Part shown: in pieces, positions 37,801-50,085 of the stretch
Numbering within the stretch: position 1 is the first letter of the stretch
Layout: each line of letters begins with the position of its first letter
Origin: Penicillus capitatus
Lineage: Eukaryota; Plantae; Chlorophyta
Assembly: GCA_965649825.1 (NCBI GenBank)
Contig: OZ287704.1
Location: 604,301-668,300, forward strand
DNA: 64,000 nucleotides
Direction of reading: 5' to 3'
Notes under the pieces: model-generated
What the model was told of the DNA's origin: nothing
Database searches by the model: none
Seen by the model: only the letters and a program-made list of their open reading frames with translations
Program-made: the position numbers and the translations under genes

Positions 37801-40088
37801 GAGTGGAGAAGAGTATGTGTTCGAAGAGCATCGAAGCGGGAAGGAGATGCCCACCATGATGGTAGAGCTATTGGATGAACTGAGACAGGGACCTGCACGA
37901 ACGCGTCGTCCAGTGAAAGCCAGCCTGTCCTCACTTGACGACTTCCTGATCGGAACCGTTACCATAGAGATGAAACATGGAACCGCAGCTTTCCGCGGCA
38001 TCAGAGGCTTCGTCCCGGCAGGAGATCACAATCTGACCTTACAGTTCGATGATGAGACGGTCGAGAGTATATCGATTGTCGTGAGCGTCAGAAACTGTTC
38101 GATCGGCGAAGTGGTGTCCGCTGGTTCCCTCTGCGCCGATTGCAGCAGCACAACCTACAACTTCGTCCACACGGCGAACGTTTGCCATCCATGTCCAATG
38201 AAAGGCAACTGCGAGGGTCGTATTATACTACCAGACGAAGGATACTGGCAGAAGACACCGTGCTCGGCGCATCTGCGGAAGTGTCTGACGTCGCATGCCT
38301 GCAGTTTCGAAGGCCGTTCAGACGAACTGACGAAGCTTACTGAGGAGTTGGACAGCTGCCCCTCCGACGAAGCCTGGATACAGAACTACACGCAATCCCA
38401 GTGTGCAAAGGCAAGCAATCGTCTTCGGGTCTCGGATTCGGGAGATCGTCGGTTCTTTTATGCAGGGTTACACTGGTCCACTGTGTGGATCTTGTGAGCA
38501 CGGCTACGGGACGGGTTTGTCCTCGAAGTGCAAAAGGTGCTTCGAAGGCTTCTTCAGTGTCTTCTTCATTTTGCTGTCGGTGTTGTTTCTGGTCGGTCTG
38601 ACCGGCATCACCATCCGCGGCACCCTCAGCGTTCCGCGCGGAAGAGAAAGATTGCTTCACCGCCAGCGAGCAATGCCGTCGTCTGCCGGACAGGTCGATG
38701 CTCCACTACTGGAAGAACAGGCAAGTTTCAATGAATCTTCTGCGCTCTATCGACTGAGTGCAGCAGGATCGGGCGGCCGATGGAGTCCCGGTATCCGAAA
38801 AGGTCCTCACGAAGTGGAAGGCCGTCGAAATGTTCAAGGTATGTGCAATCGAACGCTTCTCTGACGGATGATCGATGTTTCCTCAGATCACACTCAGCTA
38901 CGTTCAGGTGACTGTGCTGCTTTCTTCCTTGGATGTGGGATGGGCAATACCTCTGATCGTCGTGGCAGAAGCTGCAGGTGAGATCAAGAGTCGAGCACTC
39001 TGCACGAGTCAGTCATTCGCGTTGTAGAGTACGTCAGCGGCCTTGCGTCTGACGGAAATCGCCGCTCAGTCGTGTGCCTAAGCTCCGATAACCCGTCCCT
39101 GCATCCGACGATATCAGCTGCCGTCGTCAATGTCTGTGTCATTCCAGCAGCCACACTGCTCTTCTGGATCGCGTTCTGGGCGATGAAATCGGCGAAGTTG
39201 AGAACAAACAGACCGCGATACTACATGAAGAAGAGATGGCTCTTGTCGTTGATGGTGCTGTGGTACATCACCTTCGTGTCAGTGCTCAAGACGGCATTGA
39301 GCGTCGGCCTCTGCATCAGCGTCTACGATTCTCCAGCTGTCGGAGACAGCAGCACGACGAAGTACTGGGCGGTGGATACGAGTTTGAAGTGCTACGAAGG
39401 CGATCATCTCAAACTGCTTTACTTCGTGGTCCTGGCATACGCGTGTCCTGTGTACGGCGGATTGCTGATCCTCTTCGGTATCTTTCTCAGCAGTCCCGTC
39501 GAGTGCCTCAAGGACAAGAACGGCTGGGTCTACGAAACGATGGGATTCCTGTATCGAAGCTACAGATTGGGACGCCGTCGATAGTGGGAGGTGGCTGTCG
39601 TTGCGAGAAAGGTGTCCATTGCCTTTCTCGTGTTCTGCGCACACCTCTTCGACAGTGTGCTGCCGATCACAGGACTGGCCCACTTCATCATACTCGCCAT
39701 CGTCGCACAAATCGCGACAGCGCCCTGCCGTCGTAGATTCGAAGATCTGAACAGATTCGAAGTCGTGTCCCTGTTTGCGTCCCTGGTGACAACACTTACC
39801 GCAGCCATGCTCAAGAAAGAGGATTTTACAGATAACACCACCCGAGAATTGCTCACCGCTGCCTGTGTCTTGCTGAATCTTGTCGTCTTTATCGTTTTCG
39901 CATATCACATTCTGAAGTTCGTCGTCGAGTACTTGAAGCAGATACTGAGGGAAGGAGAAGACGACGCTGATCCCGATGCAGGAGTCTTCGGTGTCTTGCC
40001 GCACTGGATGAGCTACGAGTACAATCATCTGATGAACAGGTTCAGAAGGAGACGTGAGCAATCTGAGAATTTGTCATCAGAAACATAA
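34858..40088 (+). pseudogene. Pmp-like beta-helix/Cys-rich/multi-TM receptor-like gene, copy B, with a frameshift and a nonsense codon
   Basis: Signal-peptide-like exon LRRLLLLLCMCLEALA. G5 instead of G6 at 37143-37147 shifts the frame at KKG. TAG at 39582-39584 replaces TAC of the conserved YWEV motif. Confidence 0.8.
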
Positions 40089-40089
40089 G

Positions 40090-42020
40090 CGGATCGACAT
40101 CAGATTCGTTAGAAGTTTTTTCTCTTCCCAAGCGAACCGAAGACATAGTTCGGGTTAGAATCAGTGACGTGACTTTTTTGTTTTCGGCGTAAATAGCCAT
40201 GACTCGCAGTGTGTTCTGCGCAAGAACGATTCTTGTTCTTGAAGACGATTTTAATTCTTGACGTGACGAAAACACGTGTCTGCTGCCGCTCGCTATGTCT
40301 GCTCTGTCGATCGCCGTTTCGAGGCCGTGTCTTCTGGCGACTTGGAAGGCGCATTGGAGGAAATGACACCCTCCAACGCCATTGCGGCGTGCTCGAAGCT
40401 CGAGAACGGCTTCATCGGTGCACCTGTCGAGTGCCTTGAACTGCACAGGTCAGCCGATCTTCGAACCCGCTTGCATTCCGTTGGCGGATCTCGTCTAATC
40501 GCTCTCGCATATCTGTCGATGCAGAGGCTCACTCGGTCTAGAGCACTCTGTTTTGCGTGAACGAATTCTCCCGTTCAAAAGCGAGCGAGTCCCATCCTCG
40601 TCGCTGTCCCCCGGAGAGTTCGGGGATCAAGACAGTGGACAAGTGGTTCAGGTTGTCCCGGGGAAAAGAGAGCGATTAACAGCGGCAACCCGCCATGACA
40701 GATCATTCACTATCTTCCGCGCCGAAGCAGACGTAGCGCGTAACCAGGAATCTTTTTGGCAGACTTTGCGACGACTCGTTCATCCGTTTGCTGCTGTCTT
40801 TCTCTGGGACAGGATCTCAGATGCTTACAAAGGTCGGCACGGTATCAGAGCCTGAAAAGGGAGTCGATCGCGGAATCCTGCACACACACCAGAAGCCTCG
40901 GAGAATTATAACATTAACGTCCGAGTCAGAGATGCGTTCTGTGACTTGGATACGCGTCCTAGTGCCTTCTTTGGTACTCCGTAAGCTGCACTGTTATCTA
41001 TTTAACGAAGAGCTTCAGACCTGGAAGGATCGAGAACTGGCAGCGAATCGCTTTGGAAGATTGGCTCCGGGAAGAACTAATGTGCATGCAGCATCGGGCA
41101 GATGGAAGGTGTGTGAAAGCGATCGAGGCATTGCGTAAAGTGCGGCGTTCTGATTTCGCGCAGCGCAATGTTCAATCCGTTCAGTGAATACCAGATTGAT
41201 GGGAAACTGTAAAAGTACTGTGGATGACTTCGTCCCCTTCTGCTTGACCGTCGAGCATCCGTTCCTCTCGGTCGCCATCTCACAGTCTCCAGTTCAAATG
41301 ATTGAGTTGCCGCTAGTTCTCAGGATTGGATCGTTTTCGCGGGGTCGACGCCGCGGTGCGCGTAGCACGGAAAACTGCCTGCGTCGTGCTGCCTGCCTAT
41401 TTGGAAGATTAAGTTACTCAGGTTGGTCGAGTCGACGACAAAAGACATACGAGTAGTCTCCTCTTATGCATCGCGCGATCCCTCCGTCTGCACGGCCTTA
41501 TCCCGAAGGGCTACCTGTGTCTTCGAGAGCAGACGAGGAACATATCCACAGCTGCCTTGCGAACTTCCTGTTTCGCACGCAGCTGGCAAGGGGCGATGTC
41601 AACCAAGGTGTAACAAGAGAGAGAACTGGAATGTACATGGCTGCTCTCCTGTACATAGAGTTCCCCGATGTGCAGTGGTAGGACGATGGCCGGTCTCGAA
41701 GACGCGTGATCTGAATCCTTTTCCAGATCTGACCATCTGCGAAGGTCATGGATCAATAAGCTGTCCAGATTCGGAGCTTTCCAAAGAACGTCTTCTCTCC
41801 TGGGTAGTGCGAAAAAGCCTCCTTCCTGTTCCGCCGCATTGCCATCAGACTTTTCAGAAATTGATGCGTATTTACCGTATCCTCTTAGAATCATTTGAGC
41901 GTCGAAGAATCGCGAGGGCGAGGGCGCATGACCGTTTGATTTACTGGAGGTCAGGATCTGTCTATTGCTGTCGAGCGATGACCGTCTTGGAAGAAAAGTG
42001 GCTTTCGCGATAGGCAAACT
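40090..42020 (-). other. Possible orphan multi-exon gene convergent with receptor copy B
   Basis: Protein-like minus frames at 41511-42017 and 40042-40446. No recognisable domain and no splice path confirmed. Confidence 0.2.
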
Positions 42021-42324
42021 CCTCGAATTTTCTAAGAGTCACGTTCTTCACCCCATCTCTGTCGCAGACAACATGTTGTAAAATCTAGAGGAACACAAAT
42101 CACCAGTCATCTCATTGAATCCGAGAGGACAACTTCCAACGTTTAGAGATGGAGATGTCGTGCTGACGAATCGGATGTCATCGTCATGTACTTGGAAAAT
42201 CAGTACGCCGAAAACTGCTTCTCCAGTCGGATCCGATCGAAAAGACAAACGTCGTTATTGCACGCATATCCCCTATCCTTCGATAGATGCTCGGGCCTAG
42301 GTGTTACAACGATGCTTCGATGCC

Positions 42325-43740
42325 ATCGTAACAGCTGTAAAGCAACGAAACGACACTTATCTTATGGTAGACTATCGATCTGCTTATCAGCAGGAAGCAT
42401 CCAAATCGTGTCACAGGGGAACTGGAAAAACAACATGATCAACAGCAGATCGAAGAAATTAGAGTATCATCCACCGACTGGAGCATCAGATCAGCCGTGT
42501 GTGCTTCCAGGCAGAGATGACTCTGTGGGATACATATCTGGGTGCGCAGAAACACGCAGCAACAGACGCATTCACTCTCGCTGGTACTGATCTTTGGCAA
42601 TTGGCGCTGTCTGCAAGCGCGACGTTTTGCAAGATGCGATGTTGGCGTCGATGCTCTCTTGATTCTGACAAGGTTTGGAATGACCTTCCAAAGGCTATCC
42701 TGACATCAAAAAGTGCTATGAGATGATACGGGCAAGTACGGATCTTTCTTGTTCGTCCTTGAACTGTTTGTGCATTCAGGAGCATCCATCTGTGCCGATG
42801 ACCTCTCCCCCACACTGGGTTAGTGCCGAACCTCGCACGCGTTCATGAAATTTCTGTAGTCTTGGATATTCTTTCTTTAGTTTTAAATGACAGTCTGTAA
42901 GAGATGCCGCAATTTGGGTAGCAGTAGTATATGCTTGAGCTTCTTCGTTGTTCTCTGAGTCCTGCAGGGTTTAACCGAGTCAATCGAACGCGGCTTTAGC
43001 AACCTGCAAATGGATGCAAAAGGGACATCCTATTCTGCGTTTTCGACGCGTTCGTTATCGCAAGCTGCATAGTCTACTGTGTCTGGACAATTGCCACAAA
43101 AGATGGCCTAAACAGCTTAAACATGTGTCTGTACAATTGCCACAAAGATGGCCTAAACAGCTTTAGAATCTTTTTATGAAAAAAATACGAGGACAGAATG
43201 TGATCGATTCAGAACTACATCAACAAGATTGTATAATCCAGTTGGTACAGGTCCAGCATTCTCAAAAGCTCAAAGATAAAATGAAACAGAGACTTGCAGA
43301 AACGCTACACGGTTACGCTTGTGGAGGTAATTGAAATTCCCACAACAACTAAAACGCACACTGGAGGCTTTCTGGTTCGTCTTCTGCTGCTGCTGCTGCT
43401 GGAGGCTTTCTGGTTCGTCTTCTGCTGCTGGATGCTTCGTGGTTCTTCTGATGCTGCTGCTGGAGGCTTTCTGGTTCGTCTTCTGCTGCTGATGCTGCTG
43501 CTGCTGGAGGCTTTCTGGTTCGTCTTCTGGTTCTTGTGCTGCTGCTGCTGGAGGCTTTCTGGTTCTTGTGCTGCTGCTGCTGCTGCTGGAGGCTTTCTGG
43601 TTCTTGTGCTGCTGCTGCTGCTGGAGGCTTTCTGGTTCTTCTGATCCTGCTGGATGCTTCGTGGTTCTTGTGCTGCTGCTGGATGCTTCGTGGTTCTTCT
43701 GATGCTGCTGCTGCTGGAGGCTGCTTTACTTCTTCTTCTT
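42325..43740 (-). repeat. Element Y tail (inverted copy of 26090-27320) with an expanded CTG-rich repeat (43365-43740)
   Basis: Reverse-complement match to X. The CTGCTGCTGGAGGCTTTCTGGTTC units are more numerous than in X. Confidence 0.9.
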
Positions 43741-45965
43741 TCGTTGCCGGCTTTCTTCGTTGCCGGCTGTTAGGTGCCGGCTGTCTTCGCCGCCTGCTTC
43801 TGAGTACCGGCAGTCTTCGCCGGCGGCTGTTGGGTGCCGGCAGTTATCTCCGCCGGCTGTCTTCGATGCGGCTTCCGAGTACCGGCAGTCTTCGTCGCTG
43901 GCTGTTAGGTGCCGGCAGATATCTCCGCCGGCTGTCTTCGATTGCCGGCTTTCTTCGTGGCTGCAGGCCGCTTCGTCGCCGGCTTCTGGGTGCCGGTTTT
44001 CTTCATGGCTACCAGCTATTCAAGGCCGGCTTTCTTGGCCGCTGGCTGTCGTCGGGGCCGGCTGTCTGGTGCCGGCTGTCTTCGCCGGGCTGTCTAGAGC
44101 GTGGCACTGGGTGCCGGCTGTCGGGTGCCGGCTTCTTCGCCGCCGGCTGTCTTCGTTGCCGGCTTCTTCGCCGCCGGCTGTCTAGAGCGTGGCACTGGGT
44201 GCCGGCTGTCTGGTGCCGGCTGTCTTCGTGACCGCCGGCTTCATCGTTGCCGGCTGTCATCGTCACCGGCCGCTTCTGGGTGTCGGCTTTCTTGGCCGCT
44301 GGCTGTCGTCGGGGCCGGCTGTCTGGTGCCGGCTGTCTTCGCCGGGCTGTCTAGAGCCCGCTTCTTCAGGGCCGCAGGCTGTTGGGTGCCGGCTGTCTCC
44401 AAGGCCGGCTTCCTTCGCCGCCGGCTGTCGTCGTGGCTGGCTGCTGGGTGCCGGCTTCCTTGGCCGCTGGCTGTCGTCGGGGCCGGCTGTCGGGGCCGGC
44501 TGCTGAGTGCCGGCTTCCTTGGCCGCTGGCTGTCGTCGGGGCCGGCTGTCGGGGCCGGCTGCTGAGTGCCGGCTTCTTCTCCGCCGGCTGTCTTCGTGGC
44601 CGCCGGCTTCTTCGCCGCCTTCTGTCGGGTGCCGGCATATCTTCTTCGCCGCCAGCTTTCTTCGATGCCGGCTGCTGGGTGCCGGCTGTCTTCGTGGCCG
44701 GCAGTCTTCGCCGCCGCCGGCTGTCGGGTGCCGGCTTCTTCGCGGCCGGCTGTCGGGTGCCGGCTTCTTCGCGGCCGGCTGTCGGGCGCCGGCTGTCTCC
44801 AAGGCCGGCTTCCTTCGCCGCCGGCTGTCGTCGTGGCTGGCTGCTGGGTGCCGGCTTCCTTGGCCGCTGGCTGTCGTCGGGGCCGGCTGTCTGGTGCCGG
44901 CTGTCTTCGCCGCCGCCGGCTGTCGGGTGCCGGCTTCTTCGCGGCCGGCTGTCGGGCGCCGGCTGTCTCCAAGGCCGGCTTCCTTCGCCGCCGGCTGTCG
45001 TCGTGGCTGGCTGCTGGGTGCCGGCTGTCTTCGTGGCCGCCGGCTTCTTCGCCGCCAGCTTTCTTCGATGCCGGCTGCTGGGTGCCGGCTGTCTTCGTGG
45101 CCGCCGGCTTCATCGTTGCCGGCTGTCTTCGCGGCCGGCAGTCTTCGCCGCCGCCGGCTGTCGGGTGCCGGCTTCTTCGCGGCCGGCTGTCGGGTGCCGG
45201 CATATCTTCGCCGCCGCCGGCTGTCGGGTGCCGGCTGTCTTCGATGCCGGCAGTCGGGCGCCGGCTGTCTTCGATGCCGGCAGTCGGGCGCCGGCTGTCT
45301 TCGATGCCGGCAGTCGGGCGCCGGCTGTCTTCGACCCCGCCGGCTTCGTGGCTGCCGGCATATCTTCGCCGCCGCCGGCTTTCTTCGCGGCCCGCGGCTT
45401 CTGGGTGCCGGCTGTCCGGTGCCGCCTGTCTTCAAGGCCGGCAGCTTCGTCGCCGGCTTTCTAGAGCCGGCTATCTTCGCCGCCGCCGGCTTTCTTCGCG
45501 GCCCGCGGCTTCTGGGTGCCGGCTGTCGGGTGCCGCCTGTCTTCAAGGCCGGCAGCTTCGTCGCCGGCTTTCTAGAGCCGGCTATCTTCGCCGCCGCCGG
45601 CTTTCTTCGCGGCCCGCGGCTTCTGGGTGCCGGCTGTCGGGTACCGGCATATCTTCGCCGCCCGCGGCTTCTGGGTGCCGGCTGCTGAGCGCCGGCTGTC
45701 GGGTGCCGGCATATCTTCGCCGCCCGCGGCTTCTGGGTGCCGGCTGCTGAGCGCCGGCTGTCTTCGTGGCCACCGGCTTCATCGTTGCCGGCTGTCTTCG
45801 CCGCCGCCGGCTGTTGGGTGCCGGCTGTCTTCGAGGCCGCCGGCTTCTGGATGCCGCCTTCTGGGTGCCAGCTGTCGGGTGCCGGCATATCTTCGCCGCC
45901 GCCGGCTTTCTTCGTCACCGGCCGCTTCTGGGTGCCGGCTTCCTTGGCCGCTGGCTGTCGTCGGT
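43740..45965. repeat. GCCGGC-cored GC-rich minisatellite array (~2.2 kb) with higher-order units
   Basis: GCCGGC occurs every ~10-25 nt. A 30-bp unit x3 at 45231-45330 and a 111-bp period at 45381/45492/45603. A is rare on the + strand. Confidence 0.95.
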
Positions 45966-45970
45966 GGTGG

Positions 45971-46085
45971 CTGTCAATGCAGACGTCAACCGTTCCGTGC
46001 CCCTCGACCTGGACAGTGCCGAGTCGATGCGCTTTCAGTCGTGGAGGGTTGAAATTCGTCACCTGGCGACTTGCATGACGCGGAC
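45971..46085 (+). repeat. Decayed inverted copy of the trigger-factor upstream sequence (22890-23076)
   Basis: 45971-46001 matches the reverse complement of 23046-23076 at 29/31 nt. A second, looser block GAGTCGATGC..GGAGGG..TGGCGAC.TGCA.GAC follows. Confidence 0.8.
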
Positions 46086-48567
46086 GACCGTTGGGGTTGG
46101 TCGTGTGAAGAAGTTGCCCACGAGGGCAGGAGGAGAGATTCGACTGGTTGTCGAAGGCTCGCACAACCGGAGTGCCGAATGGTCGGAGTCGGCATCCGAC
46201 CTCTCGAGCAGATGGCTTCGGAGGGCGAGAGCGTCGAAACAGCAGGGTCTTGGACGTCGATAGGTGGAAGTCGTAAAGAGAGTGGCAACCGGAGGCGATT
46301 CAGCTGAAAGGGTGGACGTACCGAAAAACGTCCAAAAACCTTAAGAAACGAAGAAAGGAACACAGTGCAGAATCGCCGATGGTTTTGTACCGCAAATGGA
46401 AGTCGCAACCGTGTGAGGCAGTTGGCGATGGCGACGTAATCACCAACGACGAAACCGTCGCGCAATAAGCAAGCGCTAGGTGTCCCGATTGAGAATGATG
46501 CCGACACCCAAAGGTCCTGCTACGGAACGGAGTGTGCCGTTATCCTGTCTGGGTGTGAAGATATGTTACTTCCTGAGGATGCAGAATTGGCGGTTATGGC
46601 TGATCCATAAGAGGCCGCGGGTAAAAATCACTTACTCTTTCACAAGGTTAAATGCAGTCTGAGGTGTGTAGCATAGTCAACTTGGACCTTCGCACCCTGT
46701 GTGCCGCATTAACAATGTCTTTAAACTCTCAAAAGTTGGCTGCTACCGAGACTGACATAAGGCAACGACCGTTATCCAATCTCAGGATGAATGGTCCTTG
46801 GAGAAGCAGAACTGCTAACTCTGCTGTGATCGAGTACAAAACCCACCGCTACTGCCTAGCGGCCTTAACAAGAGATGAGCAATCCCGGTTACAGGTCGAG
46901 TCATTGACTGTTCAAAGATGATCCCAGAAGTGTTCCACAACGTGCTGCAGTGCAAAGAGACAAGGGCCATCAGATGACAGCGATCGCCCAGAAAGGCATC
47001 CTCCAAGAGACACCAAACAAAGATTCCAGCGCTTGAACTTGGATACTGTTGATTCCGAGGCCACTTGTCGTCGGCAGCAGTTCTCGGCATTTTCGGCTGC
47101 CATCGATGAAGCCCTGTATGCCAACGATCGTTATCCAGTGCGCTTCTGATCACCAGGATGGATAATCTGTTATCTTCTGGGTGTGTCCTTGGGTCGCTTG
47201 ATACCCATCGATCACATGATCCGTTTCATCTGTCTGCGTTGAGAATGTGGATGGAGTCACTGCATCGGAAGGACAGCATCTCTGAGCTGCTTCCAAATTC
47301 TTTACTTCGCTGTCCAAACGAAATAAACAGTCGAGGCGGCCGCCAGTTTCGGACGCTTCTATCGCGAACGCCATCGAGAATGCGTTTTCGTCGGTGTAAC
47401 GCGTATCGGTTTCGGAGTTGTCTGTGGTCCTAACTCCCTCAAACGTGGAAGGCAGAGCAGAACGGCCGACCTTCACTGCTACGCTGCCCCTGGCGAAGAG
47501 GTCGTCGTGTGCACGGCATCAGCTTCTCAATGGATAAACACACGTCGTCTCCTTTGAGTCAGAACGTCTTCGAAGGATGCATACATCAGTGGCAACGCCG
47601 ACGAACCAGAGAACGATGGCCTTCGCAGAGCATCCGGAAATTCATGGCATTCCTTGGTGTCCGGCATCGAATGGAACGGCTGTGTGCCGTGAGATGGAGA
47701 TGTTTATCTATGTGCATCGTGAATCCGTGTCGGCAGCAGTTCACTGCATGAGTCTTATTGCAAAAAAGACGATGTTTAAACTGGTTCCAAACAGAGAGCG
47801 ACTCTCGTGTCTCTCTTTTCAAAGACGCGCTAGCAAAATGTGTCCGAACATCAAAAGGCAAAAATTCTCGGATCTCATCCGGAATGAAATGAGCATAGGC
47901 CGTGCGTGAGAACCCTTTGCCCGTGCCGCTGAATCGCACTAGAAGACAAAGTTCGCAGCCGGTGGCGGCGGATGGACATCTTCAACGCCGTCTGTCGCAT
48001 ATTCAGACGAAAGGTTAGCTGAAAGCCTCGCTGTTCATCAAACACAGCATCGATCGTCTTCGGTCTCAGTCCAGTGATCATCCTGGCACTATCGACACCA
48101 ATGAGGCTCGAAATCATGGATGACGATGACAAACGACCGTTTGCTCAAGTCTCGGGCCCTCGGGAGATGGATGGTCTTACCTCATATCAGCACTTGCAAG
48201 GCGCTCTGTTAAACCTTTCACCGCTAGGGACCGAGCTTTGGTGACATGTCAAAGCCTTATTCTATTCTTTGTCAGACTGCTGAGATTTGAAGGCAACGAT
48301 ACGTGGCGGATGAGTACCGACAAAAAACGATCGATCGAATAGGTTTTGGACCATTGTCGCCGGTTCACTCTGTCTACAAGTGAAGCACTTCGACACTGTC
48401 AATAAGTGTGACCCTCTTCATCGGTCAGTCATCAACGCTCGACGGCTGCTCATAGAGTGTCATGACAAAAACCGCCAGCAACCGCTTTCCGACCCCTGCA
48501 TTCTAAAGCACCAGGTTGGCGTCGTTCTCAGCGGTGCATTCTTTAATATTGGGCAAACGTTTGAACC

Positions 48568-49611
48568 ATGGGTGCATCTGTATACTACTTCTGTACTGCG
48601 GCTTGTTTCGTTGTTGCGGCACTGGGAGAGTCCAATGAGACAGCTCACGATTTGAAGCGTGTGGCCGGATACTACACAGAGTCCGGTGTCTACAGAGGCG
48701 GTCTGTGGCGCGCCGCCAGCAACACGGAATCGGAAGTCTACCATTGTCTCCGAAACACGAGCAGTCAATGTCTCCACTGGTCGTTGCAGGAGGAGAATCG
48801 AATGAAAAGGGAATACGGCAATTGCACTTGTGCCCCGACGGAACTGCCTTTTTGCGATCACTGGGATTGCACGACAAAGAGTTTTGACGAATATGCCGAG
48901 TGTGTGGTCGGCCGAGAGTCGATTGAATGTGTGGGTATTTCTTTCACGGAATCCCTAACCTGTGCATGCACCTCGAGGGCCCCGAGTCAGAGGTACTGTT
49001 CAGAGTGGTCATGCAGAGAAGACAGCCCCATAGACGACTCTGAGAACGAGGACTACCAGTGTCTGGAAGAGGACGTCACTGGAGAGTATTGCTATCGCTG
49101 GAAGGGCAACATCTCATCCAGCTTCGCGATCGAGTCCTCCGTGTGCGAGTGTTTTACAAGAGGAGAGCTTTTCTGCAAGCACTGGTAATGCCAAGAGAGG
49201 TCCATGATTCGCTGCGCTGCTCATTACGGTGGATGGTGCAGCATTGAGATTGGCATTGGCGTCGGAGGAGGCTGCGGACTCTTCTTCTTTCTATCAGTCG
49301 GATGCCGCATTCGAAATCCACCTGACAATCGCCTGCCGAATGACGGAAGGCGCGAGATGCATACGTTCTTGTGTTCTTGTTTGCCAGTGAAACAGTCCGA
49401 CTGTTCTCTTCACACGAATTGGATCATTCTCAGGAGGTTTCGCAATCAAGTCGTCGTGGGTTTGTTCTTGACTTTGTTGTTTTGTCTGCCGTGGCTGATT
49501 GGAGTGGTTATTCGGGGAGGGGTATTAGCCTGTGTGACTGTACTCCCTGCTTGGATCTTCGTCTTCATTATCATCCTAGTGACGGTTCGCAACGAAAACC
49601 GCCGTGAGTAG
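48568..49611 (+). pseudogene. Cys/Trp-repeat membrane protein, copy C, with a premature stop
   Basis: The first ~90 nt are nearly identical to copy A. TAA at 49186-49188 sits where A has GAA (KHW*CQERSMIRC versus KHWECRERSMIRC). The frame continues to 49611. Confidence 0.8.
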
Positions 49612-50085
49612 CGTCCAGCGCATCCTTCTTCGGAAGCGTTGTCGCAACGACGTTCGGAGCTATCACTACCAGGCAACGCCTGGGAGAGACTCTTGCCATA
49701 TCGGACCGTTGGACATTCCAACTTGATGTCCCTCCCATCCATTGAATCCTTTGACGCACCCGGGTACGAGCTTTGACATCGTCCCTCCCTCCTCTCTGAT
49801 TGCCGATGGAGATCACTGTATCCAGGTCGTTTCTGGCGATCTGCGACAAGATGAAAGACGCTGCCTTCTTTACGGAAAACAAGAGTCATTGTCTTTGCCT
49901 CATTTACAGACGATCATGCCTTTATCTTCTGTCAGTGCAGGAACGAGATGAAACCGCAGAAAAGAAAGAAAAGAAATCTCAGACATTCCGTAGATGGTTT
50001 CTTCTTTTCGCGACGCGAGAGCTCTTGAACAGAATAGAGGCTGTTATTGATAATGAGTGTGCTAGTTTAAATAGAGTCCGATCAC

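Larger units (their letters stand above)
28530..39991. repeat. Segmental duplication arm B (inverted copy of 1-11630)
   Basis: Same gene order as arm A, in reverse complement. Confidence 0.95.

Noticed and set aside
43536-45750. Several 140-390-aa ORFs in nearly all frames
   Set aside because: They result from the stop-poor composition of the GCCGGC array.
39582-49611. TAA/TAG read as Gln (non-canonical code of some Ulvophyceae) to explain the in-frame stops
   Set aside because: RPL17 and STE24 end at TAA/TAG in the expected places, long conserved ORFs contain no internal TAR, and the paralogues have Tyr or Glu rather than Gln at those sites.
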